NCBI GenBank assembly: GCA_964016885.1
Contig: OZ024740.1
Span: forward strand, 72,230,001-72,294,000
DNA: 64,000 nucleotides
Source of the DNA: Eledone cirrhosa
Taxonomy: Eukaryota
Reading direction: 5' to 3'
Under the pieces are notes generated by a model. The model saw only the letters and a program-made list of their open reading frames with translations. It ran no database searches and had not been told where the DNA came from. Below, in pieces: positions 37,258 through 52,723 of this stretch (its first letter is position 1; each line of letters opens with the position of its first letter). The position numbers and the translations under genes are program-made.

Positions 37258-38062
37258 TTCACAGTTCAGAGTATTTGAGGGTCTTACTCCGCTCGGCTGC
37301 GGAAGCTGTGGCTCTTGTCCTAACCGCAGCATCCAGGATGTGGGAAAGAGCAAAAGAGTCACTAACAGTGACATCCCAGACAAGGCACCTGCCTCTCGAC
37401 CAGGAGAACAGGGTAAGGCCATCAGGTCTTTTAGTGTCACTTCTGGTCAACCCAGATGGTTCTAAGATTGAGGGGATGTTCGCCCAGGCCAAAGCTCTCT
37501 TGGGAATGAGGTTTAGCTCCGTGTGACGCGCGAAGCGGCCGGCATTCAGGCGGCAAGAAAGACTGTGGAGTCGAGGAGTTTGCCGCATCGGCACCTTAAA
37601 CTCATGCAGACGTCAGCTCCCACTCTGAAGGCGATGGAGAAAAGGAAGTTCGTCCAGGCTGATTGGGCCACCGACGTTGGCCACGAGTAGGGAATCAACC
37701 CAGTCGCCTGAGTATTTGGCGCTGGCAGATAGTAAGCGGCACCTTGAAAACTGATCCGACTGGACGAAGAGGGGGTCGAAGGTGGCCTTCGAACTTATGC
37801 TGTCCCAAGTTCTCTGACTTTGACTATCCGCCACCTTCTCAAGAAGAGACAAGCCCAACTCACTCCATTGCTGGAGAGTTTCACCCAACTCCCTGTTGGA
37901 ACTAGTCCATGTTGGAGAGGAGAGGATGCTGCTCATCAGAGTCGAGCAAGCGTGGGTGTAGGAAAGGAAGCAGGGGAGAGAGAGGGACGAATACTTACGA
38001 AGACTAAGACCCCCCAAATCTCTTGGGCAACGCAGCCTGATCGCAGGACTCTGGAGAGAGTC
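37258..38062 (-). pseudogene. CRE-clade-like retrotransposon fragment (RLE domain)
   Basis: GGLSLR..SLSLPCFLS; RHTELNLI.KRAL..LEPSGLTRSDTKRPDGLTLFSWSRGRCLVWDVTVSDSFA. Confidence 0.8.
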
Positions 38063-38326
38063 TAATAATTATTGGGGAGGGTGGCCATCCCCCCCCCCCC
38101 AGTTCCAACGCCCCTGGGTAAGACAATCACTCACAGCATTGCCATGAGTGATGGTGAGGCTAAGTCATTAGAATAACCAAGCACTCTCATAGACATTGCC
38201 TGATAGATCAGTATAGCTGGGTGATAGCAAGGCTAAAACACTGGAATAACAAAGAACTTTCAGATCAACTCAACATCTTAGTTCTTCATCCTTTCATGGT
38301 CAATAACCTGTCTAGTACTGAGATTG

Positions 38327-38438
<112 letters not shown>

Positions 38439-38605
38439 CCTCTGACATTCGACAATGAACATTCCAATTGTTTGGTCAATAGAACAGCCTGCTCCTGAGA
38501 TTAATGTACAAATAACTGAGTATATAGCGGGATGGTCGTGCTGGTTCGTTTGTTGCGTGTGTGGTCACTTGCAGCTTGCTGTGTAGTGTGGTCACTGTTG
38601 TGTGC

Positions 38606-39000
38606 TACAGTGTGACCAGAGGTTGCATGTGTGCAGGTAAGTGAGTAAGTGTTCAATAAGATGATGATATGATAGTTCTTTGATCACTCAGAAAATGAAT
38701 ATATATATAAATGAACCATAATAACACCAAACCGCTATATTATTAATTGGATTGGTAATATCGGTAGAGGGTCGGACGCCATGCTTTGATGCATAGAGTT
38801 CAAATCCCGCCGAGGTTAACTTTGCCTTTCATCCTTGCGGGGTCGATAAAATATAGTACAAGTAATACACTGGGTAATTTGCTGGCCTTGTGCCAAAAGT
38901 AGAAACAATTAATTTATTGAAAATAGCTCACGCCGGAGCTATACGAAAAATACTCAGGAATTATGTACGCTATTTGTTTGTTTGTAAAAGTAGAATTAAA
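38606..39000 (+). repeat. Unclassified dispersed repeat, copy A (contains SINE at 38749-38890)
   Basis: Reverse complement of 55005-55036 plus 59179-59447. Confidence 0.8.
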
Positions 39001-39291
39001 ACAGATTCCTCCAAAATAAAAATACGCCCTCACCCCTAAAAATTAAAAAACGCCCCCCCCCTCCCAATAAAAAAGGACCCCCCAAAAGAAAATCAAACCT
39101 CCACTATTAAAAAACAGAGCCCCCCAAATAAAAAAGGACGCCCCCCCCCCCCAAAAAAAAAACCAACCACCCCAAATTAAAAACGAACCAGCCCCCAGTA
39201 AAAAACGAACCCCTTCCCAATAAAAAAAAAACGGACCCTACCCCAAATAAACCCCCCCCCCCCCCCACCACCAAATAAATAAACCGACCCC

Positions 39292-39402
39292 TATGTAGCC
39301 GGTAAAGGGCTACATCGTCATTATTTTAAAACGTGGCAAGAGGGAAATATTTGCCTGTATTTCTAGTAGGTTAATGGCTATAAAGCCTCCTACCGGCTAC
39401 AT
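39292..39402. mobile_element. Short inverted-repeat element
   Basis: tatgtagccggta ... taccggctacata. Confidence 0.5.
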
Positions 39403-40749
39403 AAACTTCAAAATACACAAAGAAGTATGTGTTCAATTATAGGGAATAGACAACCACCACAGTAAAAACCATATTGTCTACGAACAGAATGGAGAATACA
39501 TATCAATTAAAAGAATAAATTAAAATGTACAAACCATTCGTTTATAACTATATCACCTGAACATGCTGTAAGCATATTTCACCACAATTATAGGGATATT
39601 TAGCATAATATTTCTAGGACACAGCCCTAGAATACCCTCCACCATACACACTTCAAAAAGAAAAAGAAAAAGAAAAAACCTGTATTAAGAACGTTTTTAA
39701 ATGAAAGCTTGCAACAGCCTTTCAGACAGAAAGGCTGTATCAAAGGTGTTTTCAACAAATACACCCAAGTCTACACTCACGCACTGGACTCAGGGAAGTG
39801 CGCATAGCCAAGACGCCGCACATATATAGACAGATGAAAAAAGAAAATTCCATAGATAGTCATCTATACCCCCACACAGACATGCTCAGACAAATACCGT
39901 GCTCATGCATGTCTGTGTGGACACACATACATACATGCACTCACGTGCTCCCACACCGTCATCATCCGTCCTCACACGCGCAACTACGTAGATGGTGCAC
40001 ACAGTGTTATATGAGACAACGCTTTTGAGGCTTTGACCCAACCCGATCACGTGGCGGTATGAGGCGAAGGTGCCTGCACAATATGCATACATGTTAAGGC
40101 AGCACAATATCCCAGCACTAATCACATATAGCTTGGGTGGCACATATATAAAAAAAATCTGTACGTACATAGCATAAAGTAATATAATAATGAAATAATA
40201 TACAATAATAAAATAAAATGCTGGAAAAAGTGAATGCATACATGACAAGGATGCAGAGGGGGACCGGGTATTATCGGGGTGTGCGTAAAGTTGCATTCAA
40301 TAGTTGGGGGCTGTGGTGCAAATGTTTATATAATATACATGGGGGCTGGTATATGAAGAAATTTTGATTGACAGGTGGAGAAGGAGAAGAACCAAACAGT
40401 CGGCAACCATGAGTGGCTAGAAATACCGGTGACGTGTACAATTCTTGACCGCTCATGGAATGACAATAACAGGATCTAAATCAACAAACGAAGGAATTCG
40501 ATGTTAAAGGACAATAGGAAAATCTGCTTCGTAGAATCGAGACGTATCCGAGGACCGCGCGATTTAAGAGTCAGGTTTGATCACCACATCGATCGAGCTG
40601 GTCGCCCGAGAAACAATTGTAATATGTCCAATAAATTCCTTTCGTCGCAACACTGATTCTCTTTTTTCTGTGCTATCATACTCTGCTCTATGAGGGCATC
40701 GAGTGCTCATACGGTCTACCGCATACGGACGCTTTAAGCATCCAACACC

Positions 40750-40798
<49 letters not shown>

Positions 40799-40804
40799 TA
40801 TATA

Positions 40805-42152
40805 CTAGCTGGCCCGTCCGGCTGGCGTCCGGCTAGGTATACCGGCATTTTATTTTTCAGGAACCCCCCCCCCTACACTCTAGTGCAAAGATACCGCACG
40901 CCCTCTCAATTCAGCGAGGGGGGGGGGGGGGTTAATGTGCTCTGATGTTGGGTTTGAATAGTTTTTAGGATTCCCCAGTTCAGCAGCCAGTACGTTAAAG
41001 AAAATTGATAGTTACAACAATAAAGGCTGAACAGAGAACACATTTTTTTAGAAACAATAATTTGTACAACCATAATGGAAATTCCAAGTAACAGAAAATA
41101 TTTAAATTACATTGTTAGAGCCTCAGAGTATACAATTATTTTTGTTCGGCCATCCGGAGCAAAGATGAAGAGATTGTTTGGCAAGCTCACCCTAGAGCAT
41201 CCTACATACAATTGACCATGGGAGAATCACTGATCTCGTAGCTCATCTCGCGGAGAAGCTCTGTAGACGTTGACCTCTGGACACTCCTGTAGTGACTTAG
41301 AGGCCTACCACCAATCTCCAGGAGAGTTTTCAAGCAAATGAGCGCCTCGTTGAAAACGACATCGTATGTTACGTTCGGATTGTGTCTGCGTGTGCAGTGA
41401 TGGATGTCCTCAGCTAGACTTTCGCAGTGGTTGTTCCACATTGCGAGAGGGTCGGCGAGATCGCAGTTGTGCAGCATAATAGCAAAAGGTTTTCGCAGCT
41501 GAGAGGAGACTTTAGCACTTGCTGCTTCTTTCAGGTGAGGTGCCAATGGCTGTCATCGTGTAACATACCACGCATCTGGCAAGCCAAACGGTAAGTGGAA
41601 CATTGATGGCCATTGATGGTTCTCAGATCTAGGATAGACTGTGGTCCTCTAACCACGAACAGTAACGATGACAATAAGCCGTCTGTGCTTTCGTGAAATA
41701 AATAGGTTTTTGTTTTTGTGTATGCAAAAATGTCTATCCACAAATATATATATTAAAATAACAGATTAAAGTTTAAGCACAGAATCGCTGGTTTCACTTT
41801 TAATGGGATCTTCTGAAACTTAAAAACTCAGTCCGTGAACGCAGAAGTAAATATTTCGAAAAACGTTATCTAATGCAGACAGCCAGACATACAGACTAAG
41901 AAAAAGAGGGGAATGTTGTGCGACGTCATAAGAAAAAGTGAGGAATAACGTATAACCGGAAGTGTTGACATTTGAAATTTTAAAGAAGTGAATATTTAAA
42001 TAATGTCTTTAATCTTTTAACAAAATTCAGAAGACAAAAATACCCTCACATTTTTACTTGGAAAAAGTTACATCTATGGTGCAAATTTGGTGCTGTTTAG
42101 TCCAGCCGATTGGCGGAAAGTTTGTTACCTACATACGGTCGTCAGCTTTATA

Positions 42153-42155
<3 letters not shown>
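40805..42155 (-). mobile_element. Internally deleted Helitron
   Basis: RepHel pieces VRGPQS..DLRTING..TYRLACQMRGML.DDSHW and FSHGQLYVGCSRV...IVYSEAL*; 3' GC-rich hairpin plus CTAG followed by T; 5' end tatactataaag; PLE piece nested at 41742-41865. Confidence 0.85.
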
Positions 42156-42201
<46 letters not shown>

Positions 42202-42254
42202 TATATATATTAATTCAAAATATTAACAAAAATAGACATTCTTGTGATCAAGTA

Positions 42255-42321
42255 TATTTTATTATACATATTTCAGAGTTACTGAGCTAACGTCAACAGT
42301 ACGTCCTCATCAGATAAAATA
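42255..42321 (-). ncRNA. Type I hammerhead ribozyme (inverted copy)
   Basis: Reverse complement of 43479-43545 with few substitutions. Confidence 0.7.
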
Positions 42322-43159
42322 AGATGATGCCTGACATACCTTGACATAGTAGATGGTTAAGATTCAGTCATGGTAGTGAGTAAGATATGACAAAACTCAA
42401 TATTTATATATCTTAAGATTGAGACATGAACATTTTTTTTTTTTAAGATTTATATAGTAGTATAATATCATATCTAAAGTGTCTGCAAACATGAGAAAGA
42501 GAGAACCTAAAGATTTCATTAACCTGAAGGTAACCCGAATTTAATTAAATTAAATAAAATAATAATCGTTATATAATTTAGAAAATATTTAGAAAATATT
42601 TAACGATTATAACACTAGAAAGTCATTTAAGTATCTAAAGTACTTATAAATGTAACTAGAAGCATGTTATTATACTAGATATACAGATTTGTTCAAATAT
42701 ATATAGAGAGAAAGTATGCCAGATATTAGTGATCGATATACATATAATAGATAATAAGTACAATAATTGTTATAATTGAAGTTTTACATCAAGTTAAGTG
42801 GGAAAAAAGGTTTGTCGACTAGTATCGTGTGTGACGCATATACCATAAATATATATAAATACAAATATATAAATCAAACTTCCTGAGTCGTAAAACATAC
42901 TCCAAATGAATAAATATACAAAAACATAAATATAAATGCATGAATGATTTACGGTTCATTATAACTGTTAAGCATATAAGCCATATATTTTTTAAATATA
43001 CAAGAATCCCAATCTAAATTATATATATCTAAACAATCAAATGATATGCACATTCATCAAGAGATCATGTTAACAAATCTCTAACAGTTATGTAAATTGC
43101 TGTTATGTATTGTTAAGCTTTCTCACACGCACCCTCTGTATTATATGTATTATATGTAA

Positions 43160-43349
43160 GGGCGGTGGATTGGCAGTATCGGTAGAGGGTCGGACGCCAT
43201 GCTTTCCAGCATAGTTACGTCCCTTTACGATCTGAGTTCAAATCCCGCCGAGGTTGACTTTGCCTTTCATCCTTACGGGGTCGATAAAATAAAGTACCAG
43301 TAATGCACTGGGTAATTGCTGGCCTTGTGCCTAAAGTAGAAACAATTAT
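43160..43349 (+). mobile_element. Full-length SINE family A with ~20-bp TSD
   Basis: gggcggtggattggcag head, gagttcaaatcc B box; attatatgtattatatgtaag on both sides. Confidence 0.92.
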
Positions 43350-43478
43350 ATGTATTATATGTAAGTTTTTTCATGTCTCAATCTTAAGGTATATAAATAT
43401 TGAGTTTTGTCATATCTTACTCACTACCATGACTGAATCTTAACCATCTACTATGTCAGGGTATGTCAGACATCATCT

Positions 43479-43545
43479 TATTTTATCTGATGAGGACGTA
43501 CTGTTGAAGTTAGCTCAGTACCTCTGAAATATGTATAATAAAATA
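43479..43545 (+). ncRNA. Type I hammerhead ribozyme
   Basis: TATTTTAT-CTGATGA-GGACGTACTG/CAGTACCTCT-GAAA-TATGTA-TA-ATAAAATA. Confidence 0.78.
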
Positions 43546-43680
43546 TACTTGATCACAAGAATGTCTATTTTTGTTAATATTTTGAATTAATATTAATAAC
43601 TCCGGAAAACCATTACTGTTGAGTGCTTCCAATCTATTGTAAAACTCATTCTTTGATTTATTCATTGAACCTTGTTTAAC

Positions 43681-43718
<38 letters not shown>

Positions 43719-43899
43719 TGCCGGTACTATATATATATATATGTGTGTGTGTATGTGAGTGGTGTGTGTGTTTGTATGCATGAATGAGTGTTGGTGTGTG
43801 AGTGGCATGTGTTTCTAGTTTGTATGCATGAGTGTTGGTGTGTGAGTGTGTGTGCGTGTCGTGTCAATAAGTGTTTTTTTTTTCTTTTTGTTTTTATGA

Positions 43900-46358
43900 C
43901 CATGCTGTAAAATAGAGGGGTAGAGAGGGCCCTTGAGTAAGACATCCTCTCTAGTGCTGGTGGCACAAATAAAAGCACCCAGTCCATGCTGTAAAGTGGC
44001 GCTGGTGTTAGGAATCCAACCAGTGTATCAATGCTAAAACGCTTATCAGCACAGCAACAAATAGGAACAACAAAATATGAAGACGTCGCTCGCATCTCAG
44101 AGTTGCAACACATAATGTTGGCACTCTCAGAGGTAGATCTGTTGAAATAGCGGAGGTGCTGGAGAGAAGGCATGTGGATGTGTGCTGCGTGCAAGAGGTG
44201 AGATGGAGAGGTGCCTCTGCGAGACTAGTCGTAAGCAAATATCTTGGCTATAAGCTTTTCTGGGTAGGTAAGGATGATGGGTTAGGGGGAGTAGGCATTT
44301 TCCTGGCTGAGAGATGGATCAATAAGACAATAGAGGTAGTTCGAGTTAGTAATCGAATAATTAAGCTTAGATTAGTTGTAAGCAGTAGACTACTGAAAAT
44401 CATCTCTGCCTATGCTCCCCAAGCAGGCCTAGGCAAAGATGAGAAAGACTGCTTTTACGAGCAACTTTTACAAACAACCGCAATGACAGAGGACGGAGAC
44501 ATCGTTATGCTAGCAGGGGACTTCAATGGTCATGTTGGACAGCTCCAGGATGGTTACACTGGGGTACATGGTGGGCACGGTTACGGCTCAAGAAATGAAG
44601 AAGGAGTGAGACTTCTTGAATTTTGTGATGCAAGTACACTGACTATTTGCAACACAAACTTCCAGAAACCTGCCAATCACCTAATAACCTACAAATCTGG
44701 CGAGCACATAAGCCAGATTGACTTCTTATTAGTTAGGCAGCGGGACAGGCAGATAGTGTCTAATACCAAGGCATACCCTGGGGAAGAATGTACCCCACAG
44801 CATAGGTTAGTCGTTAGTGATATCTCAGTAAGCAAGAGATGGAATGAGACATACAGGAAGGTGTGGAGAAGAAAAGTCTGGAAGCTAAAAGACCTTTCAC
44901 TAAAATACAAATTTAGGAAAGCCCTTCAAGATGTATATGACGAAAAAGAAGACGATTTAGAGACGTATGACATAGATAATAACTGGAATTTCTTACGTGA
45001 CAACTTGCTGCAGGCTACTGATGAAACTTGTGGCTGGAGCAGAGATCCAACCAGACAGAGAGTGACCTAGTGGTGGAACAGCACAGTAGATAAGGCCATT
45101 AGAGTCAAAAAAACTAGCATGGAAGGCTTGGGAAAAGGGTGGGAGTAGGGAAGAATATACAGCCACTAAGAGAGAAGCTAGACGTCAGGTGTACTTAGCA
45201 CGCAGGGAGGCTGAGAGTAGGAGGTTTGCCAATGTTCTGCGACGGGAATATCAGAGGCGTGCAGTGTTCCACATTGCAAGGCAGTGTGTCAATGCAAATC
45301 AGGATGTTGTTGGAGATAAATGTGTCCGGAATGATGCCGGTGTACTTAGTGTCACGAATGATCAGAAAAAGGAGGCCTGGAAATGTCATTATGAGAGACT
45401 GATGAATGTGGAGAACGAATGGGAGAGAGAGAAATTACCCTTAGTAGACCCGACAGAGGGACCAGCTATTGAGATTGACGAATACAGGGTCCAAGAGGCA
45501 ATTAAGGAAATGAAAAATGGTAAGGTTGCTGGACCATCGGGAATAGTTGCTGAGATGCTGAAGGCATCAGGGGACGTAGGCACTAAACTTGTTGCACGCA
45601 TCATCAATCAGGCTATATATGGTGGTGTCATATCCAAAGATTGGTGCAGCAGTATTCTCATAAATTGCTACAAAGGTAAAGGGGATGCTCTGGAGAGGAG
45701 CAATTATAGGGGTATAAAAATGATGGATCAGGTTATGAAAGTTTCAGAAAGAATATTAGCACAACTAATTAGAGAAAGGGTCAAACTAGATGAGATGCAG
45801 TTTGGTTTTGTGCCTGGGAAGAGTACAACAGTTGCCCTCTTCTTGGTGAGACAATTGCAAGAGAGGTTCTTAGAGAAAAATAAGCCACTATACTTAAATG
45901 AGCCACTATACTTAGCCTTTGTTGACCTAGAGAAGGCTTTTGATAGGGTACCCCGATCTGTCATCTGGTGGTCCCTAAGGAAACTAGGTGTTGAGGAATG
46001 GCTTGTGAGGACAGTGCAAACTTTGTACAGTAAAGTCAGTGCAAACTTTGTACAATAAAGTGAGGGTAGGAATGGAGTTTACAAGTACATCAAGGTTCAG
46101 TCCTCAGCCTGCTCTTGTTCATTATAGTCCTCCAAGCCATAACAGAGGAGTTTAAGACTGGCTTTCCATGGGTACTTCTCTATGCTGACGATCTGGTTCT
46201 TATAGCAGAATCAGTAGAGGAGCTAGAGAATAAATTCTGGCTATGGAAACAGCAGTTGGAAGCAAGAGGACTGAGGGTTAACCTAGCTAAGACAAAAGTG
46301 TTGTTGAGTAGAAAAGAGGACAAAACTCTGATTCCGTCAAGGAAATGGCCATGTTCAA
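43900..46358 (+). pseudogene. RTE LINE 5' portion: 5' UTR, APE endonuclease and N-terminal RT; disrupted and 3'-truncated
   Basis: VCCVQEVRW, AYAPQ, AGDFNGHVG, SQIDFLL, PQHRLV; RT nearly matches 16550-17270; stop at 45068 and frameshifts. Confidence 0.92.
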
Positions 46359-46880
46359 GATAGTAAAGAATCATCTGTACTCTACCAACATGCTAAAATA
46401 GAACATAAGGGTAAATTAGAGAACATAGAAATAAAAATAGAATCTACACCCAGAAAAGACGCAATGTTTAGACAAATCACAGAGGCAATAAACATAAATG
46501 TACTCCAGCCAAAATTAAATAGAAAACATGAATGGAACAGCAACATCACAACTTACAATTAAGGACAAAATGAAAACACACACGCACATAGAACAAACAA
46601 CCAACCAGTAACATGTAAATAAACAAATAAATAAACAAATATAAACACACACAGACACCCGGATGTAACACATGCGCAAACTAAGCACACAACACACACA
46701 AAAACAAGATGGCATAGGACAGAACAAAGGAGAGGCACAAAAACAAAGAAAAGAATCCCCAGTCACTGAAGAGGTCACAGAATGAGTGACGAAAGAACTT
46801 TGACAATATATAAACAATCATCTGGTTGTGGAACCAACCAACCAACCAACCAACCGGAAATTTATAAATTCCTAAATTTA
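46359..46880 (+). mobile_element. PLE 3' end (GIY-YIG C-terminus 46359-46562 plus UTR)
   Basis: SSVLYQHAKIEH...AMFRQITEAININVLQPKLNRKHEW..*; not listed in the ORF track because it lacks a start codon. Confidence 0.8.
46762..46804 (+). ncRNA. Minimal type I hammerhead motif
   Basis: GTCA-CTGAAGA-G-GTCAC/GTGAC-GAAA-GAAC-TT-TGAC. Confidence 0.65.
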
Positions 46881-47021
46881 TAAATTTATTATAATAAATT
46901 GAAGTGAAAGCAACTGGTGCGTGTGTTTCTTATTGGCAACATGACCCTCCCAAAGTATAACAATATCGGTTTCAACACACGTTTTCAGATAAAGAATCTT
47001 GCTAAACAAATTCAGAAATAA

Positions 47022-47072
<51 letters not shown>

Positions 47073-47141
47073 TATATGTATATATATATATATATGCACT
47101 TGGAATATTTGTAGTGTTTTTTTATACAACTGTGCATAAAA

Positions 47142-48706
<1,565 letters not shown>

Positions 48707-48744
48707 AGAGGGAGGGGTTAACTGTCAGACAGATAGACAGATAT

Positions 48745-51700
48745 CTTTCTTTATTAGCCACAAGGGCGCACAAGAAAAGGGGACAATACAAAGACATGCC
48801 GGGGATTTTACACACAGTCGTGTAAAAAATATAAAACAAACAATTACAACAATCCCCAATAGAGGGGAAGCGCCACAAATGGGTTGTTAATACCCCGTCG
48901 ATAGAACAACCCTCAACTTCAGGAGCGTGTTGTGCAAGTGCTCCTTTCTTCCTTTTGCTCTCTTCTTTAACCTACAGGCTTATAAACAGAGAAGGCCCAA
49001 TCACTCGGGCCATTTACGCTTCATTCACCCACCTTTCACTAAATTTACTGGGGTGCAGTGCCTCTCTCTCCACTATGATTCTCCTTCTAAAGTGATACTT
49101 AAAGAAGGGAATCAATTATTGTCCGGAGAGAAAGTCATCTGTCCTCAGTCCTCTCAATCTCGTCCACCATATAACTTCTTTCACCATAGCCACCATACAG
49201 AGGAAAACCGCCTCTCTTTCGTTTTTGAAAGAGGCTGGCGGTTTGATCCTTACTATGGACTCGGCAGTCAACTGGATTTGTCCCATACGCGACAGCAGTT
49301 GTCCCACAGGTCGGTTACACCCAGGCAGTGTACAATTGCATGCAGGACTCTTTCAATGTCCTGCGCGCATCTTGGACACGTCCTCTTGGAAGGATCCCTG
49401 CCGAGGCGTCCGTGCCTGTAGATCTTGTCACGAACCGTTAGAGCTCCTCGGTAGGCCAGGGACCTCTGGAAGTTGTCCATAGGTCCTGGGCGGAAAGTCC
49501 TACCAAACAGACTGGTGAGCTCATCATCTTCGACGCCCGAGTCTCTCCGAGCATGTTGTCGCCCTTGTAACGTACAATCGCTCTATAGAATGTCGAAGTG
49601 GAGTCTCCACTGATTTCTGCGCCTGCTTGCCAGAGGACTGTGAGTGCCTGAGCGCATTCAATGTGCCAGGCGCCCATCGTTTTCGGTCTTTTCTTGACCC
49701 AGGACTGCAGCTCCGTCAGCGGTTGAGCTGTGGGGAAGCCTGTCTTACAAACGGTGCCCACACCGGTTGGAGGTCGGTGAGGAATACCTGGAGATGCCGC
49801 AGCCTCAGTGCATGTTTGCGCATCAACAGCCACGGCATTCCCAGCCCTCCGTTGGAAGGGTGCTGACAGCAGACGGATCCCCTCACCAGCGGAGCCTTCT
49901 TCTTCCACAGAAACTGGAAGAGCATCTTAGCGAGGTGTTCACGGGGACAAGGCATGACAGTCAAGCGGTAGTAGATGACGGACGCTATGAAAGTGTTCGC
50001 CACCTCCGCTCGACCTTTCAAGGACAGTTTTCCCTCTACCCACTTCTAGGTGAGCGCAAACACCTTGGCCATGACCTCCTTCCAGTTTTTCTCCACCTGG
50101 GGGTCTGGACCGAACCAGACCCAAGCAATTTCACCGGTCCGTTCGTCCAGCGTCCAACGATGCTGTCGGACGTCATCGGTTTGCCTCCCCACGTACCGAG
50201 TTGCAAACCGACAGACTTGTCCGGGTTTAGTTTTGCTCCCGTCAGCATTTCGTATTCATTCAGTAAGTTGCCGATCACCCCGATTTCCGAGGTGCTCGAC
50301 ACCATTACTGTCACGTCATCGGCATAAGCCGACGCCACTTTGCGCAGTCCCGGTTCTAAAGGGATGCCCTGCAACAGCTCCAATTTCCGCAGTAGTGGCT
50401 CTAGAGTCAATACATACAGAATGGAGGAGAGAGGGAACCCCTGTCAAATGTGATTGCGAACGGCTCCGATAGGTAGCCATTCACCTTGACCCTCGAGCAG
50501 ATGCTGGTGTGCATCGCCTCGATCCAGCCTCTGAAAACGGGACCGAAACCGACCGCCTTGAGAACCGCTTCCAAGTATCGATGGTCGACCCTATCGAATG
50601 CCTTAGACTGATCCAAGTTAATCAGAGCCCCACCGAAGCCGGGTTTACTACCCACCCTCTCTATGATGTATCGCATGAGGTGGAGGTTGTCGTGTATGGA
50701 CCTGGTCGGGATTGCACACGTTTGCACTTTTCCTACCAGGTTCTCAACGACAAGCGCCAACCTCGTCGCTAGCGCCTTGGCCAAAATCTTTAATTCTGTG
50801 TTGAGCAGAGTTATGGGCCTGAAGTTGTTAACTTCGTCCCCCTTGTTCTCGTCTTTCCTGATCAGCGTTACTACGCCCTTGCCTGCAGAACTGGGAATTC
50901 TCCCGTTCTGCTGCCAATTGCAGTAGACGGCTTCGAGGACGCCAGAGAACAAGTCCGGCATGCCTATGTAAAACTCATAGGGTAGACCAGCTAGACCTGA
51001 TGACTTGCGTTTCCCGCAGCAGCCCAGAGCGTCCCGTATCTCAGTGTCCGTGATCGGTCTTTCGCAGAACTCGGCGTCCGTGTTGGAGAGACGCGGCAGG
51101 CCGTTGAGGTATGAACTAAAGTCCATTACCCCATTCGGCTCACCGTCGTTCTGCTCAAACAGTCGCGCAAAGTGCTGCTGAAAGGCCGCGCACATTTGCT
51201 TGGGGTCAAGTAGTACGCGTCCGTTTTGGTCTTTCAAAGACCGAATCCTGGACTTGTTGCCACTTTTTGCCTCCGCTACTCGGGCCCAGCTGACAGCTTT
51301 CGGTCCTTCGTTTCCTAGAGCACGTGTTTTGCCTCTGACCACGCAGCCTTCGTGTTTCGCATCGAAGAACTGGTCTAGTGACTTTCTTGACGCTAACACT
51401 CTAGCCGTGTTGCCACTGCTAAGTGCCTCCTCTACCTTGGCTACTAGTTCTCTTTCTATTTTGTTTTTCTCTAAGGCTAACTCTCTGCTAAACTCTATCG
51501 ATTCTACTCTAATTGCTTTCTTGAGAGAGTACCACCATCTATTGTTGACGATGGCTCCCGTTAACTGTTTCTTGACTAGTCTACTTATCCGTTCACTGTA
51601 AGCTTTACGTGCCGGCAACGACACGTTCAGCTTCCAGTATCCGAGTCCCTGTCTGTGTATTCTATCACGGTTGACTAAGCAGATGACTAATTTGTGATCT

Positions 51701-52689
51701 GGGTAGGCAACCATGTGCATTCGTGGACAGCTTAACATCTCCTTGTCCCTTTCTCTAATGAAGAACCTATCTAAATACGATCTAGACATCCCGCTGCGGT
51801 TTGCCCACGTCCACTGTGGTGATGTCGGGAAATCCAGTCGATACCTATCGGCCAGTTGGGATTGGCCGATTAAAGTTTTGAGGCTGTTGCACCCCCCTCT
51901 ACATGGGACATGCTCTCACATAGTCCCATCGTGCATCTAGGATACCATTCCAGTCCCCCACTAAAAGTAAGGAGTGAGATGTTCCCAGAAAAGACTCTAG
52001 ACGCTTAAAGAAGTCTGGCCGTGATTGCGATTGCCCGGTCGGGGCATAAACGGCCACCAGTCTGAAGGCTCCACCTCCAATACTGTTCACGTCTAGGACT
52101 ACCAGTCTACCCTCCGGGTCCCAGTGTACTTGCTGTACTTAGACGTCCAGGTTCTTCCGAAACATGACATCCACTCCCCCTCCACCACCTGGCTGACAGA
52201 GAGATGCGTAGATCTCAAAGTCGTCGAAGATGGGGGTTAGTTGCTGCCTGTTGTGGATCCTGGACTCGGTGATGGCTATCACATCCATACCGTGTGACCT
52301 AAGGTCGTTTAAAAGTTGGCCCTGTTTCCAGGACATCCCTAGGCCAGGCACATTCACACTTCCAACTCATAAACTAGCCATGTTGGTGAAGAAAAGTTGA
52401 AGAAAAAGGACGAAAAGGTGTACTTACCTTTTCGTTTCCTGGAGATCGGGTTGTTCAATCTCCATTTGGGTGCTGGATGGGGTGTTGGGTGGGGTGGGGA
52501 AACATTTTAATAGGACGCGGTTGATGGGTTTCTGGCAGGGGTTGCCCACGTCCTGTGAAAATTTATTTTTTAGGTCACTATAGGTCTCCATAGAAACCCT
52601 TATAAGTTTAAGGTGTGGAGACGATTCTGCTTTGACGAAAGTTTTGCCCTCCTGTTTCAGTGAAAGACATTTTTTTTTTGTGGTGTTGC

Positions 52690-52723
<34 letters not shown>

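Larger units (their letters stand above)
42208..43592. mobile_element. PLE-derived inverted pseudo-LTR pair (~222-bp arms)
   Basis: 42208-42430 is the reverse complement of 43370-43592; each arm carries a hammerhead; (TA)n on both sides. Confidence 0.75.

Noticed and set aside
40502-40747. Solo LTR (TGTT...AACA with AATAAA); similar candidate at 54682-55004
   Set aside because: No matching target-site duplication and no second copy in the window.
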